DNA of 63,262 nt, counting the filler, from Octopus bimaculoides (Eukaryota): assembly GCF_001194135.2 (NCBI RefSeq). It is 6 parts of 5 records of this genome, joined end to end, with 100 filler letters (N's around TTAATTAATTAA, not from the genome) between each part and the next. Parts side by side here need not be neighbours in the genome. Positions count along the whole stretch, not along the records: positions 1 to 26,319 come from NC_068981.1; 5 more parts are not named here. One strand, given 5' to 3'. A model generated the notes under the pieces. It made no database searches, was not told where the DNA came from, and saw only the letters and a list, made by a program, of their open reading frames with translations. Shown here piece after piece: positions 11,851 to 26,319 of the stretch; within the stretch, counting starts at the first letter, position 1; the number at the start of each line of letters is the position of its first letter. The translations under genes were made by a program, and so were the position numbers.

Positions 11851-13071
11851 TTAAAGAGCTTTTTAAAATCCACATAAATCTTTAAGTAAATTTACACAAA
11901 CATGAAGTCATTAAAAATGTCTGGCCTATTCATGGGATATTTGTGTGCGTGTGTGCATGTTCATTCCTTGAATTCAGCAATGCTGAAGCCATGACTAAGC
12001 TCACACGGGACTCACCTTTTGATTGCTAGATGTTGCAACTGAAATCTAGTTTGCTTCTTTAACCGTTTGACTAGTAACCTGCCTGAGACCACCCCTAGTC
12101 CTATGATATAAAATACCCATTTTAAAGTGATCTAAATTAAAACCTTCCTTTAAGACTTCATGCCAACTTTAGCACACTGCACTTTCTCTAGAAATGATTC
12201 TCACGCCACTGCCCTGCTGTTACAGGGGAGAAAACTCATATGGTGACATGATGCACTTACAGGGTGCTGAAGGTGAATTTATGTTCCAAACACTAGCTTA
12301 ATCTTTCAGCATTTAAACTGACCAAATGCAGCCATAATAGTCTACCAGTTTTATGTTCAAACTGGCCAAATATGACCTCTCACACCTATCCTACAATGTA
12401 ATTCTAAAAATAAACAATCACATCATTGAAATCCCAAAGCTATGAGATAATGCATGATTAATTCAAAACAATGTGAATAAATAAGGGTTACAGGTTAAGA
12501 TCACTGCCATCAATTCATTGCAGGAGAGTTCACCGCCTTTAATTCACGATGAAGAAAGTTCACCATGGACTTTAGAATTTGAAAATAAGGTTTTTTTTAT
12601 TATTATTCTACTGTGAACCTATCTCTCTCTAAACTTTCCTTGCATTGAACATTTCTTATGGCGAACTTTCCCTGTGGTGAATTGATGATGGTGATCTTAC
12701 CAGCACAAGAGCCAGTCCAGGGGCACTGGCAACGATCTCGCTCGAAAAACCTCATGTGTCACCCGCACAAGAGCCAGCCCCTGAATGCTAAAGGGATAAT
12801 AATGGCAGTTATTTTATTAAATTCCACATTATTTTCAAAACTGGGTGCACCTTGACATAACTTCCCCACCAGCCTCTTTTTCAAACGGGGTAACCATATA
12901 TATCCCTACAGCAAGACATCTGTTGCTGTCTTTCTATCATAGTTTAGCCTCTCTACACCTGGCATAAAGCCACATCCCTCCACTCAGTTGAAGTGGGGGT
13001 CTCGTCTTGCGAGTTACATGATGACTTCACTAGAGCCAGTGTCACCTAAAAGGCATCCAGTCCAAGGCTGC

Positions 13072-13452
13072 AAGCTGGCAGAAACGTTAGCACGCCAGGT
13101 AAAATGCTTAACAGTATTTCATCTGCCTTTACATTCTGAGTTCAAATTCCACCGAGGTCGACTTTGCCTTTCATCCTTTTGGGGGTAAATAAATTAAATA
13201 CCAGTTGCATACTGGGGTCGATCTAATTGACTAGCCCCGCTCCACAAAAATTTCAGGCCTTGTGTCGCTGGCAGAAACATTAGCAAGCTGGGTGAAATGT
13301 TTAGCAGTATTTTGTCTGTCTTTACATTCTGAGTTCAAATTCCACCGAAGTCGACTTTGCCTTTCATACTTTCGGGGTCAATAAATTAACTGTTGCATAA
13401 TGGGGTTGATCTAATCAACACCCCAAAAATTTCGGGCCTTGTGCCTAGAGTA
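13072..13452 (+). mobile_element. Two tandem SINE family A copies
   Basis: Two consecutive GCTGGCAGAAAC.TTAGC...GAGTTCAAATTCCACCGA units; a similar pair lies at about 16047-16470. Confidence 0.85.
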
Positions 13453-13602
13453 AAGAAAAGGCACCCCGTCCACTCTGTAAAGTGGTTGACATTAGGAAGG
13501 GCATCCAACCAAGGCAGACACTGGAGTCTAGTACAGTCCTCTGGTTCACCAGCTCCCCTCAAACTGTCCAACTCATGCCAGCATGGAAAACAAACATTAA
13601 AT

Positions 13603-13869
13603 CAGTGGTTCCCAAAGTGGGTGATACTGCAAAGATCCAGGAGGGTGTTGAAGAAAAGCTGGGCAATAATATGGGGTGTGGGTGGCCAAAATGGGGCGAT
13701 GGATGTAAAACAAAAAAAAATAAAGGGTTCATTTAGTTGGTTAAGTTTTGTTTGTGAATTGGCTGCAGAAAGTGGTGTTTGTTTGAGGTGGTGAGTGGGG
13801 GAGGGGGTGATAGGAATGTGTCCCTGGGTGCCAAGGGCGTGGCAGCCCGAAAAAGTTTGGGAACCCCTG
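13603..13869. mobile_element. hAT (Charlie-like) MITE
   Basis: TIRs CAGTGGTTCCCAAA / TTTGGGAACCCCTG; 8-bp flanks cattaaat / catcagat (6 of 8 match). Confidence 0.75.
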
Positions 13870-15387
13870 CATCAGATCTGGCGATTAATCAAAGCTCGTT
13901 AACAATTTTGTGCAAGATTTACTTAGAAACCAAGTGGAGGGGCAGTGGTAGTGGTGGTGGTGGTGGTGGTGGTAGGAGAAGGGATTGTTAAGTTGTTCTT
14001 GTTGTGGTTTAGGCCTCAGTCTGCCCCGATCCAGCTGGCTTAATAACTAAATAATAACCATGATGATGATGATGATGAATTGAAACAAGGCGATGTATTT
14101 TTGGCAGGAACATGGTAACTAAAGAGTTAAGCAATCATCACTTAACTACCACTTGAATTACCACTTCACAACAGAGTTCAATTTATTTCACTTATTCAAA
14201 TGTTACAGAAGGCTCAGTTAAAAAAAAAAAATATATATATATATATATATCAAGATAAAATTTGAAAGTGTAAAGATTTATAAACTTAACAGTTTTAGTA
14301 AAATTACAAACTAGGGATGGTCTAAATCATTGAAACTAGAAACATACCAACAGCTATCTTTTCAATCAAATTACATTAGTTTTNNNNNNNNNNNNNNNNN
14401 NNNNNNNNNNNNNNNNNNNNNNNNNNNNNNNNNNNNNNNNNNNNNNNNNNNNNNNNNNNNNNGGGGAGTAAAATGTTTTTGCCTACTTTTTCTCTTTTTT
14501 TTTAAAATTTCTAAATACAGTTATTTTGAACAATGGTGACTTGTGTATTTCTCATTCTGTTTAAATGTCATTCCTCACAATTATACCCAGCAGTGACTTA
14601 CTAGCTTAGGAATTCCATAGATTTCTGTCTTATCCCACTATGTACCCTGGGTATGTTTAAGTAAACTTCCTTATATAATTAGCTGTGTAAAATGGCGTTC
14701 AGATCTGATGATTAATCAAGGCTCGTTGTTAACAATCTTATGCAAGATTTACTTTGAAGCTAAGTGGAGGGGCGGGGGAAGGGATCATTAAGTTGTTCTT
14801 GTGACCTAGGCATCAGTCTGCGCCAATCTAACTGGCCTAATAACCAAAGCCATTCAACCATAACCATCCTCTCATTTTCCTTCAGTTATAGGCAGAGGCA
14901 TAACAGTTAAAAAGTTTGCACCTTGGGCAAGTGTCTTTTATTATAGCCCCAGGTCAATTTATGCTTGGCAAACAAAGAAACTGTGAGGAAACCTGTCTCA
15001 CAGCCATACATTTGTGTCACGTTCCTGTAACTTAGCAGTTTGGCAGAAAGACAGAATAAGTGCCTTTCTAAAAAAGAGTACTGAGGCTGAGTTGATTGAT
15101 GAACCATTCGAGGTGCACCAGTATGGCCTCAACCCAGTGACTGAGTCAAGTAAGAGAATAAAGGAATAGTGTATCTAATACCGAGTTACCTAGTATGTTA
15201 AGCTGGTAAGGTGTGATTTAACGAAATTAGTTTCCATTTAAAATATCATATAATAATGAACTTGTTAATGACTGTATATACATATTTCAAAAATTATTGC
15301 TCTTTCATCAGTACCACATCCAACCAACTATCCACTAAGTTTAGCAGTATAACATTATTGGATAGTATAGCGTGCTCAGGTGCACTA

Positions 15388-15604
15388 TGAGGCGGTGCTG
15401 AAAAGTTCTTAGCTTTGGGTAAAAGAAAATACAGGAGGATCAGTAAATTATGATTTTATTCAACATATTCCCTTCTCAGATTCACACACTTATTGCAGTG
15501 GTCCTTCAGTTTTTCTAAGACCTGTAAAAGAACTTGGAAGGTTGGGCCTCCAACCAGGCCTTTCATGAAACCCTTAAAGCTAGGAACCTTTCAGCACCTC
15601 CTCA
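15388..15604. mobile_element. mariner-type MITE, 217 bp
   Basis: About 29-bp imperfect TIRs TGAGGCGGTGCTGAAAAGTTCTTAGCTTT / AAAGCTAGGAACCTTTCAGCACCTCCTCA; TA on both flanks. Confidence 0.85.
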
Positions 15605-16983
15605 TACGACTAATTAGACAAAGTAACCAAAAGTGTATGATCAATACATAGAATATGCACAGGAAGTGAATAATAAATGAGTTACTTGAAATACAGGGTG
15701 GTGCTTGGGGACATCAAATGTACTGTTGGGGAATTTCAAGAAGCATTGATTCTTTGAAGGATGTGGTGCCCAGACAGCTAACAACGGATGCAGGTTATTT
15801 ATTCCATGCTTCAGTAATTCTGAGAATGAAAAAATGTTTCTGAAAAAAAATAGGTGCCATGTTGTTTGTTAATTTTGCAACACGACCAGTCTCAGAGTTG
15901 TTGGCACTCCCTTCCTCCTGACAGGGCTATTAAAAAAAAAAAAAAGCAAAATACACACACACACAAAGAAGCTACTGTAGTAGAATTAGGGTTAACATAT
16001 GTAACCTTTAAGGCAGTGAGCTAACAGAATCATTAGGACACCAAAGCGAGCGAGCTGGCAGAAACGTTAGCACATCAGGCGAAATGCTTAGTGGTATTTT
16101 GTCTACCACTAGGTTCTGAGTTCAAATTCCACTGAGGTTGACATTGCCTTTCATCCTTTCGGGGTCAATAAATTAAGTACCAGTTATGCACTGTGATCGA
16201 TGTAATCGACTTAATCCCTTTGTCTTTTCTTGTTTGTCCCCTCTATGTTTAGCCCCTTGTGGGCAATAAAGAAAGAAGAATCATTAGGACACCGGGCAAA
16301 ATGCTTCGCAGCATTTTGTCTGTCTTTGCGTTCTGAGTTCAAATTCCACTGAGGTTGGCTTTATGCTCCATCCTTTTGGGGTTAAAATAAGTACCAGTTG
16401 AACACTAGTATTGATGTAATCGACTTAGCCCCTCCCGCAAAGTTGCTGGCCTTGTACCAAAATTTGAAGCCAATATACTTAATCCATGTGATATCAACCA
16501 GGCTGGGACCATTCCTGGTTCTATGATACAAACCTCCAGTTTTAAAGTGGTCTAAATTAAAAACCTTTCATCAAAATTTCAAGCTAATTGGTTTCGGACA
16601 TCAGCTTAATGACAGCCAAGTGTGATTTACTAAATTCATCATTATTTTCAAAATTAATTGAAACAAAGGCAGAGTATTTCTAGAGAAATACAAAAGGATT
16701 AAATGAAGAGAGAATCAATTAGATAATTAGCAATAATTAGATGTTGGTAAGTTGACAATTTCGAATAGACAAAAAAATGAAGCATTTGTTAGTTACGTGA
16801 TTTCTGTTGAAATACAATGCCTCTCATCATCATTATCAACAATAATAATACTCGTGTTTTTCTCTGTCACAACATATGAATGAGAAAGGAAGGGGTGAGA
16901 GAGTGATAAGGAAATAAGGGGTGAAAAAAAATCAAGCAGCGTTTCAATTCTGTGTGGGTATGTGTGTGTGTATATAGAAGGGA

Positions 16984-17344
16984 CGTGGAGGCGCAATGGC
17001 CCAGTGGTTAGGGCAGCGGACTCGCAGTCGTAGGATTGCGGTTTCGATTCCCAGACTGGGCGTTGTGAGTGTTTATTGAGCGAAAACACCTAAAGCTCCA
17101 CGAGGCTCTGGCAGGGNNNNNNNNNNTACTTCCTGTTTCTGTTGTGCCTGTAATTCAAAGGGTCAGCCTTGTCACACTCTGTGTCACGCTGAATCTCTCC
17201 GAGAACTACGTTAAGGGTACACGTGTCTGTGGAGTGCTCAGCCACTTGCACGTTAATTTCATGAGCAGGCTGTTCCGTTGATCGGATCAACTGGAACCCT
17301 CAACGTTGTAAGCGACGGAGTGCCAACAACAACAACAAACAACA
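16984..17344 (+). mobile_element. SINE family B with (AAC)n tail and 10-bp TSD
   Basis: TSD ATAGAAGGGA at 16974-83 and 17345-54. Confidence 0.9.
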
Positions 17345-18355
17345 ATAGAAGGGAGGAATGTGTGTGTGTGTGTGTAATGAAAGTGGGATGGTGAACATTC
17401 AACGCTGAAAAAAAAAAATCAAACAGCGTTTCAACTCTGTGTGAGTATATGTATGTACATGTGTGCATGTACAAGGGAAGTATGTGAATGTTTGTATGTG
17501 TGAACCAGCGTTCTTTCAGTAACAAACGATGATTGGTGTCACATCTCAAAAGATAACTACTAGACAACATTGTCAAGTGTATGAATTTTACCATCCATAT
17601 TTATATATAAAATACTACAATTAGCCATCATTTTTGATGGCACAGGGCCAGCTAGTTTAACATAAAAAGCACCTGTGCTGGTGCCATGCTGGAGTCACAT
17701 ACGAAGCACCCATGCTGATGTCATGCAAAAAACACCTGTGCAGGTGCCACGTACAAAGCACCCAGTAAACTGGTTGGCATCAGGAAGTGCATCCAGCTGT
17801 AGAAACCTTGCTAAAACAGACAACTGGAACCTGGTGCAGCTCTCCCGCTTATCAGCTCCTGTCAAGCCATCCAACCCTTGCCAGCATGGAAAACAGATGC
17901 TGGATGATGCTGGTCCATGTAAGTATAAGTTGGATTGTTTGATGGACAGTTTGACAGGATCCAATGGATCTAAGGATGTCATTGTATTCCAATGTCCGTT
18001 TTAGCATCATTTCTACAGTTGCATACTTACCTAAAGCCAACTATTTTCCAGTGTATACTAGGGTTTTTTTTTGTTTTTTGTTTTCATGCCACCCTAATGA
18101 GGTCACTGTGCAGCTCATAGGACCGTGAATCCTGAGGATGGGGAGGGAGGCATTATGCCAAGTGGGGATGGGTTAAAGTATAGGACGAAGAAGGGTAAAT
18201 TTTTTTTTGTGTAAAGACACCACATGGCTGCTCACACTTACAAGAGAGGGTGAGAATGATCTGCAAAAAAGATAAAGAGTCATGGCAAGGATACAGGTGG
18301 TCCCTCAGAGTAGGAACTGAAAAGAAGTGAGTGGGACTATGGATGAAATTATGTT

Positions 18356-18875
18356 TCAGGACAAGTGCAGGCATGGCTGAGATACTGTAGCCTCAGTGCA
18401 TATCTGCACATCAGTAGCCATGGTATACACAGCAAATGGAGCGCATCCCTTCCACAGAAAACAGAAGAGCAGGCGCTCCAGTTTGGTCAGACTTGAACCG
18501 GAACAGGGTATGATGGTGAGGCAGTAATATATGATGGATGTGATGCATGTATTTGCCACCTCTGCCTGACCTTTCAGGGATAGTTTTCTCTCAGCCCATT
18601 TCCGAGTGAGATCGGCCACCCTGTTTTCCACCTGGTCCCAGTTCTTCACCTAGAGAGCTGGACTGAACCAGCACCTGGGGCAATTTAACCAGTCCTTCCA
18701 TCCAGTGTCCCACAACACTGTTGGAAGGCATGGACCTGCCTCTCCCGGTGCCAAGTTGCTGGCCCACTGATTTGTTTAATTTTCACTCCTATCACAACCT
18801 TGTATTCTTTTAGAGAAATGCCAACCAGGCCTATGTGCCTGGTGTTCAACACTATGACGGTGATGTCATCCAATC
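18356..18875 (-). mobile_element. L1/Tx1-clade LINE reverse transcriptase relic
   Basis: DDITVIV...LKEY..V.G.KI and W.ERKLSLKGQAEVAN..I.S.I.Y...FLWKG segments across a frameshift. Confidence 0.75.
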
Positions 18876-20504
18876 CTTTCTACTATAGGCACAAGGCCTG
18901 AAATTTGAGGAAAGGGAATAGTCAATTACATCAACTTCAGTGTTCCACTGGTACTTTTTTTTTAATTGACCCCCAAAAGGATGAAAGACAAAATTGACCC
19001 CAGCTGAATTTGAACTAAGAACATGAAGGTAGACAAAATGCTGCTAAGCATTTAGCCAGGTGTGCTTAATGATTTTGCCAATGTGTTACCTTAATATGTG
19101 CAATAATAATAATAATAATTTCTGCTAAAGACACAAGGCCTCAAATTTATGGGGAAGGGACGAGTCAATTACATCAAACCCAGTGTTTCCCTGGTGCTTA
19201 ATTTATCAACTGCAAAAGGACATCATCATCATCGTCGTTTAACGTCCGCTTTCCATGCTAGCATGGGTTGGACGATTTGACCGAGGACTGGCGAACCAGA
19301 TGGCTGCACCAGGCTCCAATCTGATCTGGCAGAGTTTCTACAGCTGGATGAAAGGCAATAATAACAAGAGTACTCAGAGAATGCAAATCTCCACCGAGGC
19401 AACACCAACGTCCTCTCAACGATTAGCCGGAGATGATTTTTAAAATGAGAATATCTGAAATAAACTCGACTGCTCTCACAAACGAGAATACTAAAAATGA
19501 CCCCAACTGCTCTCAAAAATTAAGTAAGAAAACAGGAAAAATAATCCAGAATCCTTGTCCGGTACTGGATCGATCTCAAAATCTAATTAGTTCATGCCTG
19601 TCACGAGGCCAAACATCCCTGAAAGTTTCATCCGAATCCATCCAGCAGTTCTTGAGATGTCCATNNNNNNNNNNNNNNNNNNNNNNNNNNNNNNNNNNNN
19701 NNNNNNNNNNNNNNNNNNNNNNNNNNNNNNGGTGGAGGTAATAAGAAGAAGAGCCTCGTTTGAGTTGCTAAAATAGCAGCCAAATCTCCTTCAAATCAAG
19801 TTTAAACATCATACAAAAATAATAAACAAAAATACTGAGTAAAACATTAAAAATAATTAAATCTACAAGATATAACAAAGATTTATGCATCGTATATATT
19901 CAAAAGAAAACTAAAAAAAAAATTTTTTTAATTAAATTCACAAAGACACTTTCCATAGTTAACAAAACTATTTTGATTTAAGCAGCAACACATTTTGGAG
20001 ATTAAGGATTAGAATGGAGTCTTCTCAAACAAAAAAAACAAAAAAAAAAAAAACATTTTAGGGACAATAATTTCAGAAGATGCCAGCCCCTAGAATACTA
20101 GATCTGTGAGAAGTAGTGATCTTTATCATTGTTTAATGTTCATTTTCCATGCTGGTATGGGTTGGTTGGTTTGACAAGAGGCGGTGAGTCAGAGAACGGC
20201 TCAAAGCCCCAATGTCTTCTTTGGCATGGTCTCTACAGCCCTTCTTCATTCCAACCACTTTGCAAAATATACAGAGTGCTGTTCATGTGATACCAACATC
20301 TATGAAGAGGTCACCAAGTAACTTTCAAGACAAGACTGCCTCAACTGAGAGGGATATGGTGTTGAGGGAGATGGTTTTGTGCCAGGTGATGAGAGGTTGA
20401 AGTAGCACCGAAACGACCATTAAGTAAAATAAGAACATGTTTAGGGCATCATGGGAAAGAGGGAGCACCACAGAAATGGTAAATGGTTTACAGCACAAAC
20501 GAAA

Positions 20505-20640
20505 TCACTTTAAACTTGCTAAAATAATATTCAGGATGCTTTATCTCTAATAAGTATAGAAGCAGATGTGGAAAGATTCATTTTGAAGATCTGACTGAAG
20601 ACTTTGCAATTACAAAAAAACGGGAGAAAACTTTTCTAAT
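20505..20640 (+). mobile_element. hAT transposase C-terminal dimerisation-domain relic
   Basis: DALSLISIEADV / KIHFEDLTEDFAITKKREKTF* resembles L..LSIE.D....I..FA..K.R. Confidence 0.5.
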
Positions 20641-20924
20641 ATTTATAAAGTGAAAGTAAACAAAAATTAACCTTATTTTCCATCTTACTGCTAGTTTTAT
20701 TTCATTTTGAAGAATGAAAATTTATTTTATGGTTTATCATTGTTTATATTTTGAACTACGAATATGAGTGGCCTGAAAATCTTTTAAATGCTTAGGGCCT
20801 TTGTAAAACATTAAATTGTATGATAAAGGGCAAGCACAAATGTCTTACTGCAGATACATGGCTACCCCAGATAGAAAAGAAAGAGGATGATGGCAAACAT
20901 ATGTCAGGGCCTACCCTTAAGTTA

Positions 20925-21192
20925 AGCCTTGTGAGTGGATTTGGTAGACGGAAACTGAAAGAAGCCCGTCATATATATATGTATGTGTTGTTGTGTGTCT
21001 GTGTTTGTCCCCCTAACATTGCTTGACAACCAATGCTGGTGTGCTTATGTCCCCGTCACCTAGCGGTTCGGCAAAAGTGACCGATAGAATAAGTTCTAAG
21101 CTTACAAAGAATAAGTCCTGGGGTCGATTTGCTTGACCAAAGGCGGTGCTCCAGCATGGCCACAGTCAAATGACTGAAACAAGTAAAAGAGA
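20925..21192 (+). mobile_element. SINE family D 3' part
   Basis: TTAGCGGTTCGGCAAAAG...GCTCCAGCATGGCC.CAGTCAAATGACTGAAACAAG; also at 45812-46030 (-) and 54150-54445 (+). Confidence 0.8.
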
Positions 21193-21519
21193 GACCAGTG
21201 ATTCTCAGTCAGGATCCACATGGCCCTTAAAGGTCCATATAAGAATTGTTGTTAAAATTTATCTGCAATAAATTGGTTATACTTCGACAATACACAAAAT
21301 ATTTTAACAATTTTTTAATACAATTCTTAATAATACTTAATTATAAAAACATGATTTTTTAAAAACATCAAATAGCTTGGAGAGTTCATCCAGGTAAAAT
21401 AAGAACCAAGGGTCCATGAGTAAAAAACGATTAAGAAACACTGGTATAAACCCTAATCTTCCAAACACTAATAATTCATGGCAGGCAAAACACTCAATAA
21501 CTCCAGAACTATTAAAAAG

Positions 21520-21808
21520 ATTGCTTCTGATTTTAGTGCCGATGGACTGGCTCCTGTGCAGGTGGCACGTAAAATACACCATTTCGAGCGTGGCCGTCGC
21601 CAGTACCGCCTGACTGGCCCTCGTGCGGGTGGCACGTAAAAGCACCCACTTACACTCTCGGAGTGGTTGGCGTTAGGAAGGGCATCCAACTGTAGAAACC
21701 CTGCCAAATCAGATTGGAGCCTGGTGTCGCCCCCTGGTCCACCAGTCCTCAGTCAAATCGTCCAACCCATGCTAGCATGGAAAGCGGATGTTAAACGACG
21801 ATGATGAT
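21520..21808 (+). mobile_element. SINE-like family E with (GAT)n tail
   Basis: ...CCAACCCATGCTAGCATGGAAAGCGGA.GTTAAACGACGATGATGAT; reverse copies at 10715-11025 and 19220-19348, older copies elsewhere. Confidence 0.8.
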
Positions 21809-23763
21809 AGGTAGAGCAAGACCCAAACTAAAAGAAAGAAAAATTTCTAGTAATAAAACTTCACCAAGAGCAGACTAGTATGAGCTTTATGACTAAGTTT
21901 CGATAAGGACGATCGTAATTGAAATTTTAGAAGTAGCTTATCAGTGTTTTAACAAGACCGTGAGTCAAAACACTCCATTTGATAAGAAGCAGGGAGAGAT
22001 GGAAGACAACGCCGATAATAATGATATTAAACAAGAGAAGTAACAAAATGGTGAAGAAAATGAAAGAGAGTAGAGTCGAGTTAATTGGGGATTTGTTAGT
22101 GTAATAAGGTCAGTCTTCAGAGAAAACAGCACCAAGCAACTTAGTATTAACTAGAGTTAATAGTTAATAGTTAATAGTTTGTTGAATATGTGAGATAGTA
22201 TTCACTTGGGAAATTGTTGACAAGAAATAATCAAAAGACGCGTCTTCCTGCGGACAATATAGAGAACCAAGAGGATTTGTTCTGAATGTGTTTAAATAAA
22301 ACTTCTTGCATGGCGATCTGAAGTTTGTGTCTTAAATAATATGCGTTTTTCACTTTCATTTGTGGCAATGCCATACGGTTACCCAAAAGCACCATAAATC
22401 AGTAAAGTAGTTCTGAAACTGTTCTTTCTTTGTGATGGTGCTGCACAAATTCAAAATGTTAGGAATCCTCTAAATTTTATTTAACCTGTTAATTTGCCAG
22501 ATTGTAAAAATTTACCAATTTGCCTTACCTCCATTTCAAATCTTCAGAGTCTCCTACCCTGCCCTAGAGGCCTGGTCACTTCTATGAGAAGGGGTACCCT
22601 AAATTATTTAATAAGTACTACTCAATGATGATAACCCAACGAATACCTAATGAGGAATGTAAGTAACTGATTTCATGAGATACGTCTGTAGCAGACGGTG
22701 TAAGGATCACCAAAATTCAAATAAAAATTTACATATCGGTGGATTGGATCCAAATAACTGGGGATCGGATACTATTACTCTCGCTGAAAAGAAATATTGT
22801 TATCGCTAATATGCTTGAGTTGGTTGGTTAGATGGACTTCGGGTATTTGGTGGGGATAATGCGACGAGACTCTGAAGGTATGTCAGATTGTCGAGTTATA
22901 CCTCATCTACCCATTGTCAATTAACGATTGACCTATCGTTTGTTTGGATAACTGGCTGTCTTAGGTGGGATTAAAGTCACGCTTAATTGTTTTGGTTACG
23001 ATAGAGAAAATTTTGTAGACACTGGAAAATTTGCTTGACCGCGCACAGGGAGCCGAATAAAAAAAAACAGTTGAAATGAAGAAATGGGACATTACAAAGT
23101 CCAATTCTTAGTTACTTGAGTTTAAAAGAATATGGCTAAACGACATATTTATACTAGAAGATGGAAAGGGTTTCAATAACATTTACCTATTTTATTAGTG
23201 ATAGGAGAAAAAAAAAAGGTAAAGCTATAATGCAATAAATTAGTAATTGGAGGTTAAAATTGCTTTTCGTTGCTAATACTATATTGGCAGCATTCGTATA
23301 TTTATTTTCATTTTTAGGAATATAAGCCGTACGCAAGTAAAGTGAAAATGAAGAAGAAAAAACCGGGACAATTAGAAAGGATATACATGTATTTGTTCTT
23401 ATTTAGAACGTTAAACATCAAGATCACCGACAACAATAGTAATAATAACAGATCGAAGAATGTGTATAATAAGTTTGTTGTGAAAATTTTGTTGGCATGG
23501 GTACAACGAGGATAATGAACAACAGAAGTAAATTAAAGAATGTTGACAAAGATAACTAGATTAGTGGGACGTTGGGGGTAGGGACGAAATAAGGAACACT
23601 GGAGGGGAAGATTAATTAATACTGAAACTTGGAGAGGAAAAAAAAATTACTCTGAAAGAATGTAGCTGAAATAATTACAGAAGTGAGAGTATATAAAATA
23701 GCATATATATGTGCGTGTGTGCAATAGATAAACAAATCTTTCATAGATTAAGAGGTAAAAGAA

Positions 23764-23799
<36 letters not shown>

Positions 23800-25946
23800 T
23801 ATATAGTATTAGGGAAAAGATATTTTATACTGTGAAGCTTAATTTAATTTTAATCTTTAATAAATTGATTTTAATTGAGTTTTTACCTGTAATTTTGTAT
23901 TTTATCCCTAATATTATAATATATATATATATATATAAAAACATTTCAATAAACTACTATGATTTCTAAAGTTAGTTATTTTCTATTTTTTCTGTAAAAC
24001 TACATTTTCCATTTTTTTTTTTTTTTTAATTCAGTGTAAATAAAATGCCAAACCGCTTCTTTCAAAAATCGCAACTCCGCCCTTTCAATATTAAAAATCA
24101 ATTATAAACACTGCCTTAATATAATAAAAAAAATCACTCCACAAACATACACACCCTATGGCCAGATTAAACACTCAAACAGAATACTTTGTATTATAGC
24201 TGATTTCATATCTTAACTATTATTCAAATTATGTAACAAATTCAAATATAAATGAAAGGGAGGGAAAAAAAAGATAAATTAACTACTTTTTACCAAGAAT
24301 CCGGTTCAGCAAGCCGGTTGTTGAGGACATAACAAATCATAATACTTATCCAGAGAAACAACGATTGATACATACTTCAGAGTTTCTACCAGTATTTCAC
24401 ACCAACACCGAAACGAACCAACTTTTTATTCGCGTATTTTTGTTTTATATTAACGTTTCATATATTTGGCTTCTACAGCCTGTAATATACTTTTCTGTAA
24501 TTTGATCTGTGTATTACTGTCTGAATTCAAAATCTGAAGGAATTTTCTTTATTTTTTTTCATCCTTCTAAGCTCCATGAAATAAGCAATAGGACTGCGGT
24601 TTCGTTCCCACTGCGTGTCATTCTTCTTCAAGTATCTTCTATCATAGCTTCAAGTAGACTAACACTTTGTGAATGAAATTCAGTTATCAAAAATGATGTG
24701 GAAGCATGTTGGAAAGACTGCTGCTGTTCGTAATGATAAAATTAACCCGTTGCCTAAGTTAACACCACCACCTTGTCTTTAGAGAGGTCCACTTTACAGT
24801 AAGCTTTCGGATTAGGATTCCAGTTGGGGGATAACTGTTTCCTTCTTCTCAGATACCTCAGATACTTCTTCTCAGAAATCTCAACGCGGTCACTAGATGT
24901 TAAAAGTTGCAGCCAAATTTCCCGCCAAAATTACATCTCTGAGACACAGTGGCATAGTGTGGGGTACGCGGACCTCACAGGGTGATTTCTTGTTCAAATA
25001 TATGTTGAAGCTATGTTACATTTAGGGAAGAATTGGCCAATATGGCTACCGCTCAGAGTAGCCAAAACCCACGCTACGGCACTGCCCAGATAACCAGAAA
25101 GACAGGATGGTCATATCTCGAAGTTCTTTTTAGTTGTTAGTCTTCTCAATAGGAGGTAGCCTAGACTGAATAATACAACATGTATGGTGTGTACAATAAA
25201 TAGAATAAACATTGGCTTTGTATTGAATAAAAAATATTACAACTTAGACGGCGAGCTGGCAGAACCGTTAGCAAGTGGGCAAAATGCTTAGCAGCATTTC
25301 ACTCAACTTTATGCTCTGAGTTCAAATTCTGCCGATAGCGACTTTGCTTTTTATTCTTTCGGAGTCGTTAAATTAAGTACCAACCAAGTGCTAGGGCCAA
25401 CGTAATCGATTAACTCCTATCCGCCCAAACCCCTGGCCTTGATGGTCTAGAAACAATCTTAGACGAAGAAACTTTATTGTACCAAATAAACTGTACAGAT
25501 CTTAATGAAATGTGGAGAGGGATTGCCATACAAAATAAATGCTTTGCGGCATTCGTTAACATCTTTTTAGTGTCTTTATTCGAATTTTACCGTGGTTGAG
25601 TTTGATCTTTATCCTTCCAAAATCGATAAAATAAATACCTCTGAAGTACTGCGGTCAGTATAATCGTTTATACTTATCCCTAAAATGTTTGGCTTTGTTC
25701 CCATCTTTAAAATTCATTATTAATTCAACAGGAGCGTTAAACTGATCACGGCAATAATTTATTGAATTCATTGTTCAATCTAACACAACAGGCAAGAAAA
25801 ATACATTTAAAGATTTATTCTTGTGCGGGTTAACATGCAGTCATCGCTGTAAATAAAGTGAAAGTAAATGGTCCTTGAAAAATGAATGTATATTGCAATA
25901 GAAGTCGGAAGTAACATCCTGTAACTTCATGTAATCCGTACATATA

Positions 25947-26319
25947 TCTCTATATCTAAAAATAAGAATGTGTGTCTGTCTGTGTGTGTGTGTGTGTGTG
26001 TGTGTGAATCCCTAAAACTCGAGAACTACGCAACCAATTTCATTCAAATTTTACAGATGCCTTACTTAGAGTCCCAATTGTGTTTTAGTCAAAAGAATTT
26101 TTTAACTTCTTGCAGTGTTCGAGCCCACGGCAACATAATATCTCCTCCACTATTTAAGTATTACGTGTCAAAAGTGAAACAAAAACACTCATGTCAAATA
26201 CTTTCACTTTAAAAATGAAACTATTCCACTAACTGAAACAATCACATTTCGATACTGTAATGACAGATACTTTCAGAGAGAGAGAGAGAGAGAGAGATGT
26301 ATATGTATACATATAGATG
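25947..26319 (+). mobile_element. Non-autonomous Helitron 5' part, cut by a scaffold spacer
   Basis: A^TC start; close match to 32193 onward. Confidence 0.75.

Noticed and set aside
13880-14850. Diverged ~170-bp direct repeats at about 13880-14060 and 14700-14850
   Set aside because: Most likely two old copies of a dispersed repeat flanking a gap; no LTR features (TG...CA, PBS, PPT).
16984-17060. tRNA-like heads of SINE families B, C and D as tRNA genes
   Set aside because: No complete cloverleaf; they continue into SINE bodies with tails and TSDs.
22625-22670. ATGATGA...CTGA as a C/D box snoRNA
   Set aside because: Only about 46 nt between the boxes, no adjacent terminal stem and no recognisable guide.
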